A stretch of 47,192 bases of DNA, filler included, from Jimgerdemannia flammicorona (taxonomy: Eukaryota): the NCBI GenBank assembly GCA_003990765.1. It is 2 parts of 2 records of this genome, joined end to end, with 100 filler letters (N's around TTAATTAATTAA, not from the genome) between each part and the next. Parts side by side here need not be neighbours in the genome. Positions count along the whole stretch, not along the records: positions 23,651 to 47,192 come from RBNJ01001095.1; 1 more part is not named here. One strand, 5' to 3'. The notes below the pieces were generated by a model. The model worked only from the letters and a program-made list of their open reading frames with translations. It made no database searches and was not told the DNA's origin. Numbering within the stretch: the first letter of the stretch is position 1; every line of letters begins with the position of its first letter. The position numbers and the translations under genes are program-made. Positions 35,181-47,181 of this stretch are shown piece by piece.

Positions 35181-36024
35181 TGTACAGTAGCGTAAAAGCG
35201 TAAGTATAAAGTGCATATGAAGTAATGTTGGGTAAATGGTAGAATTACATATAGAAGTAATGTGCATACTGCACTACTATCAAAAAAGAAAAGACTATGC
35301 CTGATTTAGAAATGCCTCAGACAAACAATGGTGTTGAAATATTTTGGGTGCTATACACCCAAGACCTTCCTGCATTCATTGACCTGTGGTCTTGAGCGAG
35401 CCCCCTCATTATATTAGATACAATATTTCTCTACCCATATATATAGATAATAATATCACTCTAGTAATGTTTTATATTCTAAAAAGAAAGAGTCTAACTT
35501 TGAAGAATAGTAATGGTATCTAATATAACTTTACCTATAGTTTTGGGGTCTCATTTGTGATCAATATAACTATACTATTTCAACTACATAACATCTATAG
35601 TACCATCCTCTTTGAGGAGAACTCTGATACTATAGTTATTGCACTTATAATAGATAATAGACTTATTAAGACCTAGGACCAGTGGGTGGAGCAGTTTTGT
35701 AAAAGTTAGCCTAGATGGTCTTTTGTAAAGATTAGGTAGTCTTTTGTAAGAGTTAGGTAGCCAGATATCTCTTATTGTATAGTATTAGTTTTTAGCTTTT
35801 TGTTGGACTCACTGGACCCTTGGGTCTACTTTGTAGTACCATTAGTGTGGTACTATAGTGTAGGGCCAGAGTATATATAGGCCAAAATCTATAGTAGTAT
35901 CTGATCTATACTAGAGTCTAACTGCTTAAAGTTGCTTCTCATATTAGATCATTAGGCTATACATTCTGCATACTCTTTCCAATCCAGACTCCTATATCAG
36001 ATTATAGCTTAGAGCTGCCTCTTA

Positions 36025-38427
36025 CTGCTGTTGGAGAATTGATATCTGAACCTAGCTTAGGGCCTGGGGACACTGGGAGATCTAGTGGGGGAGGAGGAAG
36101 TATATAAGGTCTTGGCTTCAATAAGTAAGGATATAGCTTCAGGAGAGAATGGACTTCCCTGGGATTTTTGGAAGAAGATGGTAGGAGTGAAGGAGATAAT
36201 GGCAATGAGTGATAAGGTTCTTCAATCTGGATCTTGAATTGGGGGCCAGCACCTAGGGCTGGTTTCATTGCTCTATAAGGATGAGGGGAGAAGAGAAGAT
36301 TGAAAGAACTGGCAACCAATCATACTCCTTGATATAGACTGCAAGCTGGTAACAAAGATCTTGGTAACTAGACTATAGGAGATTACTCAGCAAGTACTAG
36401 GAGTGGAGCAGAGGGGATTTGTTGGTGGTCAGTTAATCTGAGATAGAATGGCCTAGGTCTATGGGGTAATTGAAAGGGCTCAGGTAAATAGGGTTAATGG
36501 TCAGTTAGTATTTCTGGATCAGGAGAAGATATATGACAGGATGAGGAGAGTCTGGCTGGAGGGAGTATTGAAATAGATGAGAGTTTCCCCAGAGTTCAGG
36601 AGGTCATTAATTAGTCTATTGGAAAACAGTCAAGTAGTATGAGTAGTGAATAGACACAGAGGTGTGACTTTCCCACTTAGTCATAGGGTGCCACAAGGAG
36701 ATCCTTTGTTACCTATCTTATATACTCTTTTCTTAGAGCCCCTATTAGATAGGATCAAATATCAAATTGGGGGTTTGGATATTTGGGGAATTAATTGGAA
36801 AGTGGGGGCTTTTGCAGATAATATAGTAGTTGGACTAGGTTTATTTGAGGATATGGAGAAATTAAAGAGGACTGTCAAATGGTATGAGAGGGGCTTAGGT
36901 GCTAAACTCAACTAGCACAAATATGAGACTCTGGTGCTAAGTAACAGAATAGTTAGTGGTGATGTGATTGAAATGGTGTTGTCAGCAGAAGAACCAGTTC
37001 ATTACTTAGAGATCTACTTTTTGGTATATGGGTCTCTCCTGCCCCATGCATAGTGAGAACAGCAGCTCCTAGTATGGGAAAATGTGTTCTTAAGATGGGG
37101 TGGTGAGCATATATCCTTGGCAAGAAGGGTGATAGTACTGAATGTATATTGGCTGCTAAAGCTATGGTATGTGGGATATCATTTAAACTTCCTGGTATGG
37201 GTGGTTAGGTAACTTCTGAAAGTGATAAGATCATAGATCTGGGCTGGAAGATAAAGTCAGATAGGATGGGAGGTTCTGATCCTATCTGTTGATATAGGTG
37301 GGCTAGGCTTGGTAGACTTTACCAAATGCCTTCATTGTCTGAGAGTATGGTGGCTGAAGAGGATAAGTAAGTTGAGAGACCAAGAGTGGGTATCACTCAT
37401 ACAGAGAGTGTGGGAAGTCTGATATTTCCCTTGTAGAGTAACTGGTGATCTGCTTACAATAGTGGCCCTGAATAGAAGCAGGAGAATGTAATATAAAGGC
37501 TTTTGGTAGGGAGTGATGGATGGTGTAAGAAGAATTAGACTTTGGTGACAGAGTGATGAGGGAGAGGAGGACTGGGGACTGCAAATGTAGAGATAGGACA
37601 GGCTACTGTTAGGTAGTATATTGGTGGAGAATTTCCAGCTTGGCAATAGTATAGATTATATGTAGAGCCTAGGGGGCAACCTGTGGCCTGAAGCATGGCA
37701 GAGAGTGGGGATTGGCAAGGAGTGGGACTGGAATAGTCTTTGGCCTTAGAGCAAATAGGTGATGCAATGGCTTCTCACTAAGTTCTGAATGGTATGGTGA
37801 AGGTTTTTAAGGAAGAATGTGATACTGAACTATTAGTCTGGGCACTTGATGGCAGATAGCACATTTGAGTATAAGAAATATATAGATATTTGCCAGGAGG
37901 GAGGAGTGGTACAAATGCCTGAATATTGGCTTGGCGAGTATGAAGTCCTAGAGAAGTTTTGGTACTATATTGCTAACCAGTTAGGACTATGGACCCTGGT
38001 GGAGAGGGAAGGGTGGAGATGGGGGGACCTCTGCTGAAGACTAGTGGATAGAGTTGGAGATAAATGGTTGACCTTGGGATGAGTTCTGGCAATTTGAGTT
38101 GGGCTGACCAGGCTTTTGCTATATATATTTAAGAGAGACCAGTAGGTTGAGATTGGGGTTCAGGTGATATAATGGGAATGATTAATACTTGACATTTTGA
38201 ATAGCTGGTAGAGAGGGTGGGGACCTGATAGGAGGGACTGATGGAGTTTAGTGAATTATATCTACTGGAAAAGTAGAGAGGGAGTTCAGGTGATGGGTGG
38301 CTGGGTTATCCTCTAACTGAGAGAGATGGAGAGTAGAGAAGGGGATCTGAGGGGTATTGGTTGAGGAGTTGGAGGTGAAATTGTATTATTATTTATAAAT
38401 TGAGATAATAATGAGAAGTCTGAGTGA

Positions 38428-38473
<46 letters not shown>
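36025..38473 (+). mobile_element. LINE copy 6, 5'-truncated (RT to 3' end), A42 tail
   Basis: Collinear with copy 5 from ~30280; VPQGDPL and GAFADN (36646..36915); poly(A) 38432-38473. Confidence 0.92.
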
Positions 38474-38474
<1 letters not shown>

Positions 38475-38939
38475 ATAATATTCTCATTAGCAACCAATGG
38501 CTTCACAAGGCCAAGGCCATCATTAATCTTAATGTCCAGAAGATGCAGACCAACTATAGAGGAAGAAAGGTATGAGTCTCTATCAATATCTATAAAGGAG
38601 TTCTACTAGACATAGAGGAAAGAGATAAAGAGGACACAGAAGTCTTTATGTACTTGGTAAATAAGAATAAGAACAAGACACCCAAGCTCACAGATGAGTA
38701 GTGGTATAACAAGATTATCAATGACTATGTCCCTCAAGATGCTCTATAGTACTAGGATGTACTGCTCTAAATACCTGAATGACTATTAGTCCTATATCAG
38801 TGAAGTCTGGAAAATCTACCAACAGAAGTATGAGTAAGAAGCTGTTGAAGCAAAAAGAAAAGCCAAAGAAGATGACCAGCCCCCAGAGCTACAAGCTGAC
38901 AGTGATGATAAAGAGAAATAAGAACCAGACATTACTCTT

Positions 38940-39343
38940 AAGATTAAGAAGTTTTACCCTGAAGCCAAGATCCCTGAATATAAGACTGAAGAAACTATAG
39001 AAATAGACCTTACCAGCATTTAAGATATACTCTTGAACCACAGACCACCACTCTACTTGGCATTGGAATTGGAGTCAAGTTGCCAGAAAACTATACTGGA
39101 ATTATCAAGACTAGGAGCAGTCTGGCCAAAAGTGAAATCTCAGTTAAAGGAGGAGTAATTGACCTTGATTATACTGATAAGATCTTTCTCATAGTTAGAA
39201 ATTACAACTCTAGTACTCTATTCAATGTCAAGAAGTATAATAGGATTGGCTAGATACTGATCTACAAAATCAAGAAGCCCAAGATCACCAAAGCCATTGA
39301 ACTCATCAAGACCAAGAGAGAAGAACAAGGCTTTGGATCTACT
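38940..39343 (+). pseudogene. dut: dUTPase domain of G2, between protease and RT
   Basis: KIKKFYPEAKIPEYKT, KTRSSLAK, GGVIDLDYTDKI, NRIG*, TKREEQGFGST; one frameshift. Confidence 0.88.
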
Positions 39344-42300
39344 AGAAGAGGAGCCTATACTGCAACCAAGATTACTGAACTTGAGCACAGAAAAGATAAG
39401 AACTGAAACAAGCACACATATACTATTGGAGAAAACTTTTCTCTGGAAGAACAACTTCTCAAGATTCTGCACTAGAATAAAGATATACTTACTATAGACT
39501 TCAGAGATATCCATAATCAAGAACCCAAGTACTACTATAAAGTTAATACCAGTGATACCAAACCCATCTATCAGAAAGCCAGACCTATACCACCTGACTA
39601 TAAAGAATAGCTGCAAGCAGAACTCAAGGAAATGAAAGAAGCCAGAATCATTAAGCAAGCTATTAATCTATGGGCTTCACTCATTATCCTTGCCCCAAAG
39701 AAAGGAAGCAAGCCTGGAGAGTTTGCTCCAAGACTCTATATTGACTACAGGAAGCTCAATACAATCATTAAGAAGAATAGGCAGCTCTTGCCAAATATTT
39801 AAGAAATCCTTACCATTCTTGGAAGCAATACCAAATACTATACTACTTTGGATATGTTCTCAGACTTCTATCAAATTGGTCTCACTTAAGATGCCAGTGA
39901 GAAATCAGTCTTTATCACATCTGATGCCACCTATATCTACCTACAAATACCATTTGGAATATGCAATACTCTAGTAAGTTTTTAGTGAATGATAAACAGA
40001 GTCTTCAGTAATGAAATTGGAAAATAACTCTTAATCTATATTGATGATGTGATTATCTTCAACAATACTGTACAGTAATATATCAACTATATATAGCTAG
40101 CTCTTAAGAAGCTCAAGGAGCATGGACTCCACATTAAGCCCCAGAAGTATAAGTTTGCAGCTCAGAAAATCATCTACCTAGGATACCTCATCAACCAGAC
40201 CAGAATCCACACAGACTATATAAAGATTGAGGCTGTTGCAGTCTACTCAAGACCCAGAACAACTACAGAGATCTATGTCTTCCTTGGACTGGCCTCCTAT
40301 TATAGAAGATTCATCAAAGGATACTTCAATATTGCAATACCTATCTATGAGCTACTGAAGAAGGAGACCAAATTCAAATGGACTAAGAAATACCAAGAAA
40401 CCTTCTATGAACTCAAGACCAGATTGACCCAAGCACATATTCTTAGAAAACCAGATTGGAATTTAGAGTTCATCCTGCAGACAGATGCAAGTGCTATAGA
40501 ACTTGGAGCAGTCCTAGCTTAGAAGAAAGATGGATATGAATATATCTATATAAGCCAAGGTATCTGTAGAGCAGAATAAAACTATGAGTCATTCAAGCTT
40601 AAATGCTTAGTAGTAGTTTAGACAGTAGATAAGTTCCACTACTACCTAGCTCAGAAATACTTCACTATTCAAACAGACCATTCTGCTCTCACCTGGCAAT
40701 TCTATACTCTGAACCACAAAGAAATATATATTAGATAGATCTATAGGCTGCAAGAGTATAATTATACTATCAAGTACTGCCTAGGAAGAACTAATGTCAA
40801 TACTGATGCACTCTCAAGAATACCCCAAAATACCTCCATCAAGACAATTCAATATGAATAAGGAGTTATACTATGGATTAATTAGCTATCTTAAGTAGCA
40901 GAAGATGCCCAACTACCTTGAACCCTGGATAATTACTATTATCAACTAAACTTGGAAATAGTTTGAACTAGACAACACTATACTCAGAAAAAGAGGAAAG
41001 CTTATAATATCTGAATATAAGAAGTATCAAAAATAAAGAAAGTATATAAACAAGGATACCTAGGAGGAATCAATATATATCATAAAATAAAAAGAACTAT
41101 ATAGTGGTCTAAGATAAAAGAAGACCTGCATCAATTTGTCAAAGAGTGTGACAAGTACTAAAAACAGAAACAAGATCAATAAGACCAGATACCCAGGTTA
41201 TCAAGAATTGAGCCATTCTCTTTTCACTACATTATAATAGATATCATTGGACCACTACCAGTAACACTATTAGAAAACTACTATATTATAGTTATTATAG
41301 ACCTCTTTACCAAATGGATATGTAGAAGCAGGAGCATTATAAGAAGCCAATGCCCTCTCTATAGCTGACTTCTTGTACTGAGAAATTATCTACCACTACA
41401 AGATACCAAAGCAAATCACTACAGACCATGATACAGAATTTGTCAATAGATTCTATAAGATAATATATCAGAAATACAAGATTCAGTACATTAAGACCAC
41501 TATATATCACTCTCAAGAAAATGGACAGATAGAGAGAACTAACAAGACTCTCAAGAACATCTTAGTGAAGATCTCAGTCATATATGAGAATTGGGATAAC
41601 TACCTCCCAACTGTCCTCTCTGTCTTATGAGATATATAGTTATAAAGTATACACTTTACCTCAAGAGAACTGCTCTTTAGAGAGGAAGATTCTGATAGAA
41701 CCTTAGCTACAAATCTAGACCTAACTTAGAGATGAGTTGACTCAGAAATCTGGAGACTATACCAAATCAGGAAGAAGGCTGAAGATTATATCATCAAGTT
41801 ATAAGCACTGATGAGGAAAAATGCAGAAAAGAATTACAAGACCCTAGAATCTATCCAAATTAGAGAAAAGATCCTATTGTATTAAAATATAGTAAAAGTC
41901 TCATAGTTGCAAAAACTGGAACTTAAATAGGAAGAACTCTTCTATGAATAAGATATCAAGAGAACTATCTTCTAGCTTAGAAAACTCTCAGAGATCACTA
42001 TCTACTATGGTATATAGGAACAGACTCAAGAAGTACCATGAACCTATATAAGAGAAGCAAAATGTGATGACCATCTGTGAGGTTCTAGTTTGTAAATCAT
42101 AATAGCATATTCCATGACTAGCAAATAATCTGTCTGGACCATTCTTTAAGAGATATAGTACTAACAACTACTTCATGAGACTTTCAAAGCCAGAGGAGTT
42201 CAAACCATCAACTGATTAATCAAGATCAGAATCAGACCCTTGTTCTATAAGAAGGAAGTGACTCTTTACTATTATACCAAAATATATAGGGAAGATATCA

Positions 42301-42669
42301 GCCTATAAACACTACTTTTTGACCCCTTGCCAGAGGTTATAGGATCAGTAAATTTTTTAGGACTGGACTAATGAATAAGGATGTTCAAGAAGATCCTTAT
42401 TCAGGAGGCAGATATAACAGTAATCTCAGAATGATGACATCAGTACAAGAGATAGCAATTCCTTATAAGCTACCAGATTGGAGCACAAAAAGATTATATA
42501 GCATGACTCATCCAGACTATATATAAGATGAGCAATGATATCTAACTGTGAGTCATTGTGACTATGAGACAGATATCTTGAGGAATATAAAAGAAGAATC
42601 AAGAAACCACAGTAGCAGTAATTCAAACAAAGCCTACAGAAATATTTCAAAAGACTTACTATAAACAAA

Positions 42670-43468
42670 ATGTCTACTGCTTATCAAATCTCAAGATCAA
42701 GGAACTACTAAGACCCCTTAGTCTAGGAAAGAATGTTCTAAGATATCTGAAAAGCCAAAAGGACTCATATTATAAGAACTCTTAGTATCAATCTGGGTAC
42801 TAGTGACCTTTATCATTATATTCTCTACTACTGTAAAATGGAAACAAAAATCACTATTACTACTAAATATCTCTAGATATGATAAGAATATGAAATTGGA
42901 AACCTCTTCTGCAGAGAATTCTCTCAAGCCAGCCCTCAAGAGCTACAAGATACTACTCTCATAGATATATGTAAAATAAGGACAGCCAAGAAGATTTAGA
43001 CATGTACCATAGTCGATCTCCAACTTAGAGTATACTAGAGTCTCAGACTTCAGAGATCTGTTAGCCTGTCATATCAATATACTAGAAGCTATGGTAGCTA
43101 CAGAAGCCCAGTCCACTATCACTCTTAATAGTAATAAAGTAGAAGACTTCTGGCATTCCATCCTCTAGAACAACCTAGATCAATTCCTACAAGGATTGAT
43201 CTCTATATTCTAAGGCCCCAGCATCTAGATCAGACCTCTCTAAGACCTTATATTTGTTCCCTATTTTGTAGAAGAGAACTTCATAGATTGGAGAGCCCCT
43301 GCTGAATGTGATGATATCATTAGTGATGATGTCATCTTGTATGACATGTATGATAAGACAGATGAAATATTCACAGACCTTATCTTTTTTGAGAACAGTA
43401 ATGAGGATGAAGCTCTTATGGTCCTGAACTTTCTACTTGAAGTTCTTAGTGATACTGAATTCTGCTAG
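42670..43468 (+). pseudogene. G2 extra 3' ORF, homologue of G1 21566-22396
   Basis: Manual translation through stops and a frameshift: INLGTSDLYHYIL..EYEIGN..RTAKKI..SDFRDL..ILEAMVATE..NNLDQFLQGLISIF*GP..PYFVEENFIDWRAP, acidic tail. Confidence 0.75.
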
Positions 43469-43521
43469 CATCCTTTTCCTATATAACTTGTCCATATAAG
43501 GCTATCCACTCAGGAAGATAG

Positions 43522-44071
43522 TGTTATCCTTATATAGGGGTCATACTAATCTTCTCTATATTGTTTCAATTTTTTCAAGTATCAGTGGTCCTGAAGAACT
43601 TGACCCTTTTCCTATATAACAGTTAATCGTTCTACTAGTATTCTAACCTTATATAACTTAGAATTATTCTAGCATTCTTTTTTTATATTACTGAAATTAT
43701 ACCAGCATCCTAAACTTATACAATCATCTGTACTGATACTGAAACTTGGCAGTTTTCTATATTCCAGTATTTTATTTTATTTTTGGAATTTATATTTAGC
43801 TTTATATCTTAGCAACCATTGAATTATATTTTTTATAAATACCCCTCTTATTTCCTTTGAAATAAAGTCAGTTAAGTTTACTTATATATAATTCCTTGTA
43901 AGCAATCTAAGAGATAACAAAACAGTTTAAAGATAAGAAGTTTGAGGACTATAAGATCTCAGAAAGGCACTCCAATAAGATCTTACTTATAACAAACTTG
44001 TAGTTAGTCTAAGAGATACACCTTGAAGAGAATCTGATGTATTTGAAGAACTCAGCAACCACTAAGTAACA
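43522..44071 (+). repeat. Putative 3' LTR of G2
   Basis: Purine-rich AGGAAGATAG then TGTTATC; TATAAATACCCC 43834 and AATAAA 43861; candidate ends GATAACA 43919 or TAACA 44071. No second copy in the window. Confidence 0.45.
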
Positions 44072-44332
44072 ATAACTATTAAATCTTTAAAAGAATATAT
44101 TAATTAGTTATTAAATATTTATTTATAATATTTGAAATATTATTAGAAATCTTTAGAAATTTTAAATTTATAAACCTCTATATTAATAACTAAATAAAAA
44201 GTATCAAAGTATAAAATACATAACGAAATTAGTAATACGTCATCGATTTGTAATGTTTCACTGAAGTCCAAATTGGTCTGGCTTCTACTGTATTTGGTCC
44301 GATATACGCCGCTGCCTAAACCAACACTACGA

Positions 44333-47181
44333 ATGCCCAAAACTCACAAGGTCCGACCTACTACCTTAAATAGAAAGCCACCAAAGAACAAAGACAAAGG
44401 CCAAGAGATTCAAATGGATTTGGGGAGCCAAAAGAAACGTAAACTCTCAGATAGTGAGGGGGCCGGTGAAGGTAAATAGTTACCTTGAAACTGACTTACT
44501 TGTTCTTTGCAAGTCTCCCGTGTGATAATGTATGCTATATGCACCAACTCAAACTTACTGTTTCCACAGTCGCCAACCGGCAATCACCTACGCCAGGTGC
44601 GTATCACTTATACTAACAACTATATTGGTATAGGCTGAGTGTTTGGTGTACTCTGGGAAACGATTGTGACCTGTTTCTCCTAGTTGTCGTGATTTGACTT
44701 TGCCTTTGAAGGAGTCGAAAAGCTCTCCGCAACTTGCCGTCTTTTATTCACAGCCCCTCCTAACTCTCTTCTCTACGCACAGGACTGGAGGACGAGGCCG
44801 GCGATGACCCTGTTGTAAAAACGGCCAGAAAGTCCAAAATAAGAGGTAAGCGAGCATCATTCGAATGGTTAGAGTATCAATTTCTATTCGGTAGTGCGTT
44901 TTCAGCAATGGGAGAAAGGGGCTAGGAGCCATAGTTACGTAGAGCTCCATATTCTTGAATGTCCAGTTAAGAGAACATATCTGATCATTCGCGCTGGTTT
45001 CTTCACTTCACGGCATCATCAATCTCAGGAAAGGCGATCTCAGGAAAGGCGTCGAGGAATGAGCATGGTAGTGGCAAGGTTAGAGCCAAGAGATATCGGC
45101 CTAAGGTGTAAAACCTTCATCTCGTTCTATTTGCCGGTTGCACTCCTAACATTCTCTGTCATGGCCACATAGAAGCCCAAAACTGTCCTCGTCCCACCCA
45201 AGAAAACTCCCTCCGACGTGGACGATGACCAGATGACGGAAAGCAGTAATATTGCTGCAGAGGTAAAGTAACTGAATCTCTCCTCCGTCCTAAGCCTTAC
45301 AGATCTCTTTTCGCTTGCTATTCTAACATTATCACAAATACCGTTCGTTGCATTATGTGATGGCTTTGTAGGCTTCCGGAACCCTGGTCACTAAGGCAAG
45401 CGCCACGGAAACTGGCCAGTCATCAAAGAGACCAAGACCTGCAGCCACTGGAGAGATCGAGGTGTATTACTGCGTTATATGTATTATACGATATACTTGT
45501 TTCAATGTGTTATGAGTTAGTAACGCTAATGACCTTTGCAAATGTAACGTTCTGTCCTGGCCTGGTAGACTTCCGGAAATGCCTCATCCTCAGCTGCCGA
45601 AACGTCCTCCGCCTCTTCTACTCTCGTCATCCCCGATTTTCTCCAACTTAAAAACGTCGAGGATTGGAACATGAATGACGTTTTCCAATTCCTGGATAAA
45701 AACAAAAACGAACAGTTCGGAGGCTCACACGTTAAAGCCATTTATGACCAAGAAGCTGCCGGCAGCGTTTTACTCGAGCTGACCTACACAAAACTTATTA
45801 TGCCGCCTTACAACCTGAAAGGAGGACCTGCAGATAGCATCGTCTCATTAGTTAGAAAGTTAAAGGTTGCCAAGGGGCTCGCCAGCGACTCTGGTAAGTG
45901 TCGTGTAATATATATCTCTACTTTTGATTGGTTAGCGGACAGCCTACTGCTTACTTTTTTCATTCATACAAGTGGTGGTATAAAAAAAACATATCTTAAC
46001 CCGTTTTCAAACCACTCTCTTACAATTTTTTTTCGGTCTCGTATCTCGCTCACACCCCGTTCTCCATCACCGTCTGCAGCTCCCCAAGGTATACATTTTT
46101 GCCCTTTCATTTCGTTATCTGCATCGAATGTTGGGCGAGCAGCGTTTGTCTGCTATCAAGCGTGGCTTGCGTTTCCACAATGCTTCGATTTGCTATTCTT
46201 CTCGATTTTTCATTTCTGGCTTTGACATTACCGGACACATTGTATTTTCGCGTTAAAGAACGTATTGTAACTCTTTCCAAATGCTATTAATTTCAATGCT
46301 TACCTACCTACCTTTTGCTTGTACCTCATTCTCCTCAATAGAGCCTCTTCCCAAAAAGGCACGCTTGCACGATGGACTCATTGCCAACCAAGGTACGTAT
46401 TTGAATGTTTGATGCACTTCATTTTACTTCACCTTATTTCGTCAAATATGTAAATCTGCATTTCTTTCCTCATTTACTTAACGGTCCACTCTTTCTACTT
46501 CATGTATGATTTGTGTTTCGCGCGTCTGTCCGTCCACCCTCTCCAACTATTCCAGGTAATATATTGCCCTTTGCTTAAATTGTTATATTTATTTCGAGAA
46601 AAACCTACTTTCTGACCTGTCAGCGGACAGCCTTTTTTTCATTTATACAAGCATTGGTATAAAAAAACATATCATAACTCGTTTCCAAACCACTCTCTTA
46701 CACTTTCTTTTTTGTCACATCACCGTCTACAGCTCCCCAAAGTATACATCGTTTTGCCCTTTCATTTCGTTATCTGCGTCGAAGGTGGGCGAGCGGCGTT
46801 TGTCTGCGGTCAAACTTCGCTTGCGTTTTTACATTGCTTCAATTTGCTATTTACATTGATTTTTCAATGCTGACTTTGACATCCACGTTACTCAAGGTAT
46901 ATTAGCATTCAATTTTTTTGGTTACTGTAAAAAATCAAAGGTATTGTCAGTACGCTAGGAATGCTCTTATCTCGGAGACCTTGTCGATTCATCGCATTAT
47001 TGTAAGACGACTTGATAACCTCATTCCTGGATTCGTACGTCCATCGGTCCACATTTTGATCCTTTCTGACATTCCCTTTCTCCATAAATCTCATGTCCCG
47101 ATTCCCCTATGCATCCATCCATGGACTCGTTCATATTAACGACTATTTTTCACTTAATGGCAGAGGAAGAGAGCGATACTC
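44333..47181 (+). CDS. Multi-exon host gene (partial): low-complexity N-terminus plus SAM domain; continues past window
   Basis: Phase-consistent GT-AG model: 44333-44471, 44570-44596, 44783-44845, 45029-45105, 45173-45262, 45372-45461, 45569-45893, 46342-46392, 47164-47181. SAM-like exon VEDWNMNDVFQFL..DQEAAGSVLLELT..PYNLKGGPA..LVRKLK. Confidence 0.7.
45934..46885 (+). repeat. Diverged intragenic duplication (~45934-46230 vs ~46622-46885)
   Basis: Shared blocks AGCGGACAGCCT, AAACCACTCTCTTACA, CATCACCGTCTRCAGCTCCCCAARGTATACAT, GCCCTTTCATTTCGTTATCTGC. Confidence 0.85.

Larger units (their letters stand above)
38474..44071 (+). mobile_element. Degenerate Ty3/Gypsy element G2 (PR end, dUTPase, RT, RH, IN, no chromodomain, extra ORF, probable 3' LTR)
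   Basis: YNILISNQWLHKAKAII protease end ~38475; RT YIDD 40037-40048; FILQTDAS RNase H ~40470; integrase DIIGPLP and NGQIERTN; ends NRLKKY near 42040. 3' boundary uncertain. Confidence 0.88.

Noticed and set aside
38424..38609. Poly-Lys ORF (and poly-Phe ORFs near 32700)
   Set aside because: Translations of LINE poly(A) tails.
43325..43336. GATGATGTCATC as a decayed CRE marking the G2 LTR start
   Set aside because: Falls inside the acidic tail of the extra ORF, upstream of the candidate PPT.
45894..46225. Hydrophobic C-terminus of ORF 45671..46225 as a membrane segment
   Set aside because: Read-through into an intron after the GTAAGT donor at 45894.
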